From Dicyema japonicum (lineage: Eukaryota; Animalia; Dicyemida): 64,000 nt of DNA. Shown one piece after another: positions 61,990 to 64,000 of this stretch. Within the stretch, counting starts at the first letter, position 1. Each line of letters opens with the position of its first letter. Location of the stretch: contig RDEW01000014.1 of assembly GCA_011109175.1 (NCBI GenBank), positions 1,164,143 through 1,228,142 of the forward strand. Direction: 5' to 3'. A model generated the notes under the pieces. The model worked only from the letters and a program-made list of their open reading frames with translations. It did not search any database and was not told where the DNA came from. The position numbers and the translations under genes are program-made.

Positions 61990-63890
61990 TTATATATCTG
62001 GAGACAGCAGTACGAGACCTTCGGAAGTTTTATAATGGCAACATTGTCGAACGCTAAAGAAACATCCGCCTGAGAATTGAAAATTGCTCTGAACACCAAA
62101 AGAGAACTAAGGAATTAACGAAACAGCATCCTTCATGAAATAAGAGTCCGGGCACGTCTTTTATGGACGAAATACTTAGACGAGAAGGTTACCGAAATTG
62201 AAAAGCTCTCTCCTAAAAGTCAAATGTTCATGGCTGTGCGGTTGCTTAATTGGGGTTCTTGAAATTCCAAAATATAGATATGGGATTAATCGGAACACCT
62301 ATTAGATGATGGGTACAATGGCTCACGAATTACTGACCACTTTCAGAAACAATTCCAAACAGATGATACCTATGCACCCACATTTATTGGGCATCCGCGG
62401 AGCTTGTCAAATTAAATAACACATTCGGAGGTCCTAGATGAATTTCACCATTTGAACAACAACAGGGCTTCGGGATGTGATGGAGTTCCAGGGAAATTTC
62501 TCAAATACGCACCCGATAGTCTGGCGAGCTTCTTCGCACAAATACTGAACAAGGCTTTTGCATTACACTGCCCGCTTCCAATCAAGACCGGAATATTAAT
62601 ACCCCTTCATAAACCGGGCAAAAGACGGGGACCCTTCGTAAATTAAGACTTATTGTGCTAGTCACCACTCTAATGAAAACTTTATCGACTATTGTTCGAG
62701 GCCGTATATCAATGTAGGTCGATCGATGTCTCTCTTGTGGTTAAAGTGGTTTCAGTCCTGGAAGATCCACGACTGATGTTGTCTGGAGTTATCGCTGGAT
62801 CAATGCAGTATGTGCCAAGTACAAACGATCTATTCATATCCTGAGAATCGACATGAGCAAGGCTTTTGACAGCATCAACAGGAATAAACTATCTACCATG
62901 TTGAAAGACGTTGTCGATGAATACAGTCTGCGTATACATATTCTATTATCTGAAACTGAACTACTCGTCAGAGTTGGATCTAAGGAGTCTAGACCTTTTT
63001 CTTCCAATGTTAGTACCCCACAAGGGGACACTCTATCTCCTGTATTATTTATCATCTACTTGGAGGCAGCTTTGAAAGATCCAAGAGTACAAATTGGATG
63101 TTCGGACAACCACTTTATGGAAATCATTAACGCGGATAATTTTGAATTTATTGGAGAAAGCGAAACAATTTTGAGTAAATGGTCTCCCAAAGTCAATAAA
63201 GACAAAACTGAAATAACCACTATTGAAAGAACGTCAACCAACGTTGAGAAGTGGAGGAACACCCGAAAACTCGGATCATTATTTGGAGATATCACGCGAC
63301 GAAAGATATAGGCCACAATAGCCTTAAAAAAATTACAATCAATTTTGATGAGAAAGAATCAAATTCCTACTAAGATGCGATTACGCTTATATAATGGATT
63401 TGTCCGACCATCCTCATGTACAACGCAGGTACTTGGGGAACATCAAAGAAGGATATGGAACAACTCTACTCATTTCACAGAGGCTAAGAAAACTCCTTGG
63501 ATACTCTTAGTCAAAGGAAATCTCAAACAATAAATTATACTGACTGATTGTGGACCAATAAGTCTGAACATACTTAAAGTCCGCTGGCACCTTTTTGGTC
63601 ATATTCTACGAATGAGTGAACAAACACCATGCAATGCCGCTATGAAATAATTTTTCGGCCATACTGAATCTTCTGCATTCTGAGGACGTCCAAGAAGTCG
63701 TCTTCCAAGGACACTTTTGGAAAATTATGCAATGATCGGGGGCCCACCGATGGATGCAGACGGTCTGGACGAAATCAGGAAGCGAGCACGACAACGAGAA
63801 GGTTAACTGAAGGATTGTTGAAAAACATGGAACAGGCGAAATCATAAACAGTGTTTACTGGTAACGCGGATGTGCTTAAATTAACCAACA
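61990..63890 (+). mobile_element. Decayed RTE LINE (RT to 3' end)
   Basis: ASGCDGVPG, IDMSKAFD, TPQGDTLSPVLF, RLRLYNGFVRP, RWHLFGHILR. Confidence 0.85.
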
Positions 63891-64000
63891 TTTCTTAAGC
63901 GGACGACCTCGACTTTATGTCAGAAAACAAATTGGCCCTATTTCGACTCCTCGTGTTGGCACCTGCTGGGCTGACGAGATGGTTTTCAGAATGAACACAG

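Noticed and set aside
1-64000. CRISPR arrays, rRNA, bona fide tRNA genes, prokaryotic operons or retron-like systems
   Set aside because: None seen. The tRNA-like segments are SINE heads without a complete cloverleaf, and all RTs are eukaryotic non-LTR types.

Overview
AT-rich eukaryotic (animal) genomic scaffold, not prokaryotic. It has three long N gaps and several single-N contig joins. Most of the window is decayed non-LTR retrotransposons: RTE-type, Ingi/Vingi-like I-group APE-RT elements, and CRE-clade RT/restriction-like-endonuclease elements, one of them nearly intact with a PHD finger. There are also DNA-transposon remnants (a complete Buster-type hAT with 8-bp TSD, MULE, Tigger/pogo) and tRNA-derived SINEs. 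Host genes or gene fragments with ultra-short 20-27 nt GT-AG introns lie in between: a multi-C-type-lectin gene, a compact RAP1/TERF2IP, a decayed PRP22/DHX8, a KCNQ potassium channel, a WDR90-like fragment and a choline/carnitine acyltransferase 3' end. The intron sizes suggest a genome-compacted parasite such as a dicyemid or myxozoan (inference). Most notable observations: (1) an ~75-nt RNA motif with HDV-ribozyme-like nested pseudoknot topology, found in five copies with compensatory base changes, at the 5' end of Ingi/Vingi-like elements, two of which encode viral-type 2A StopGo peptides; (2) a KCNQ gene with two tandem 111-nt pore/S6 exons, one with an SYG filter and one with an in-frame TGA; (3) an ~6.5-kb inverted segmental duplication (about 8.5-15.2 kb vs 46.9-53.0 kb). 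Boundaries of decayed elements are approximate and were read by eye.
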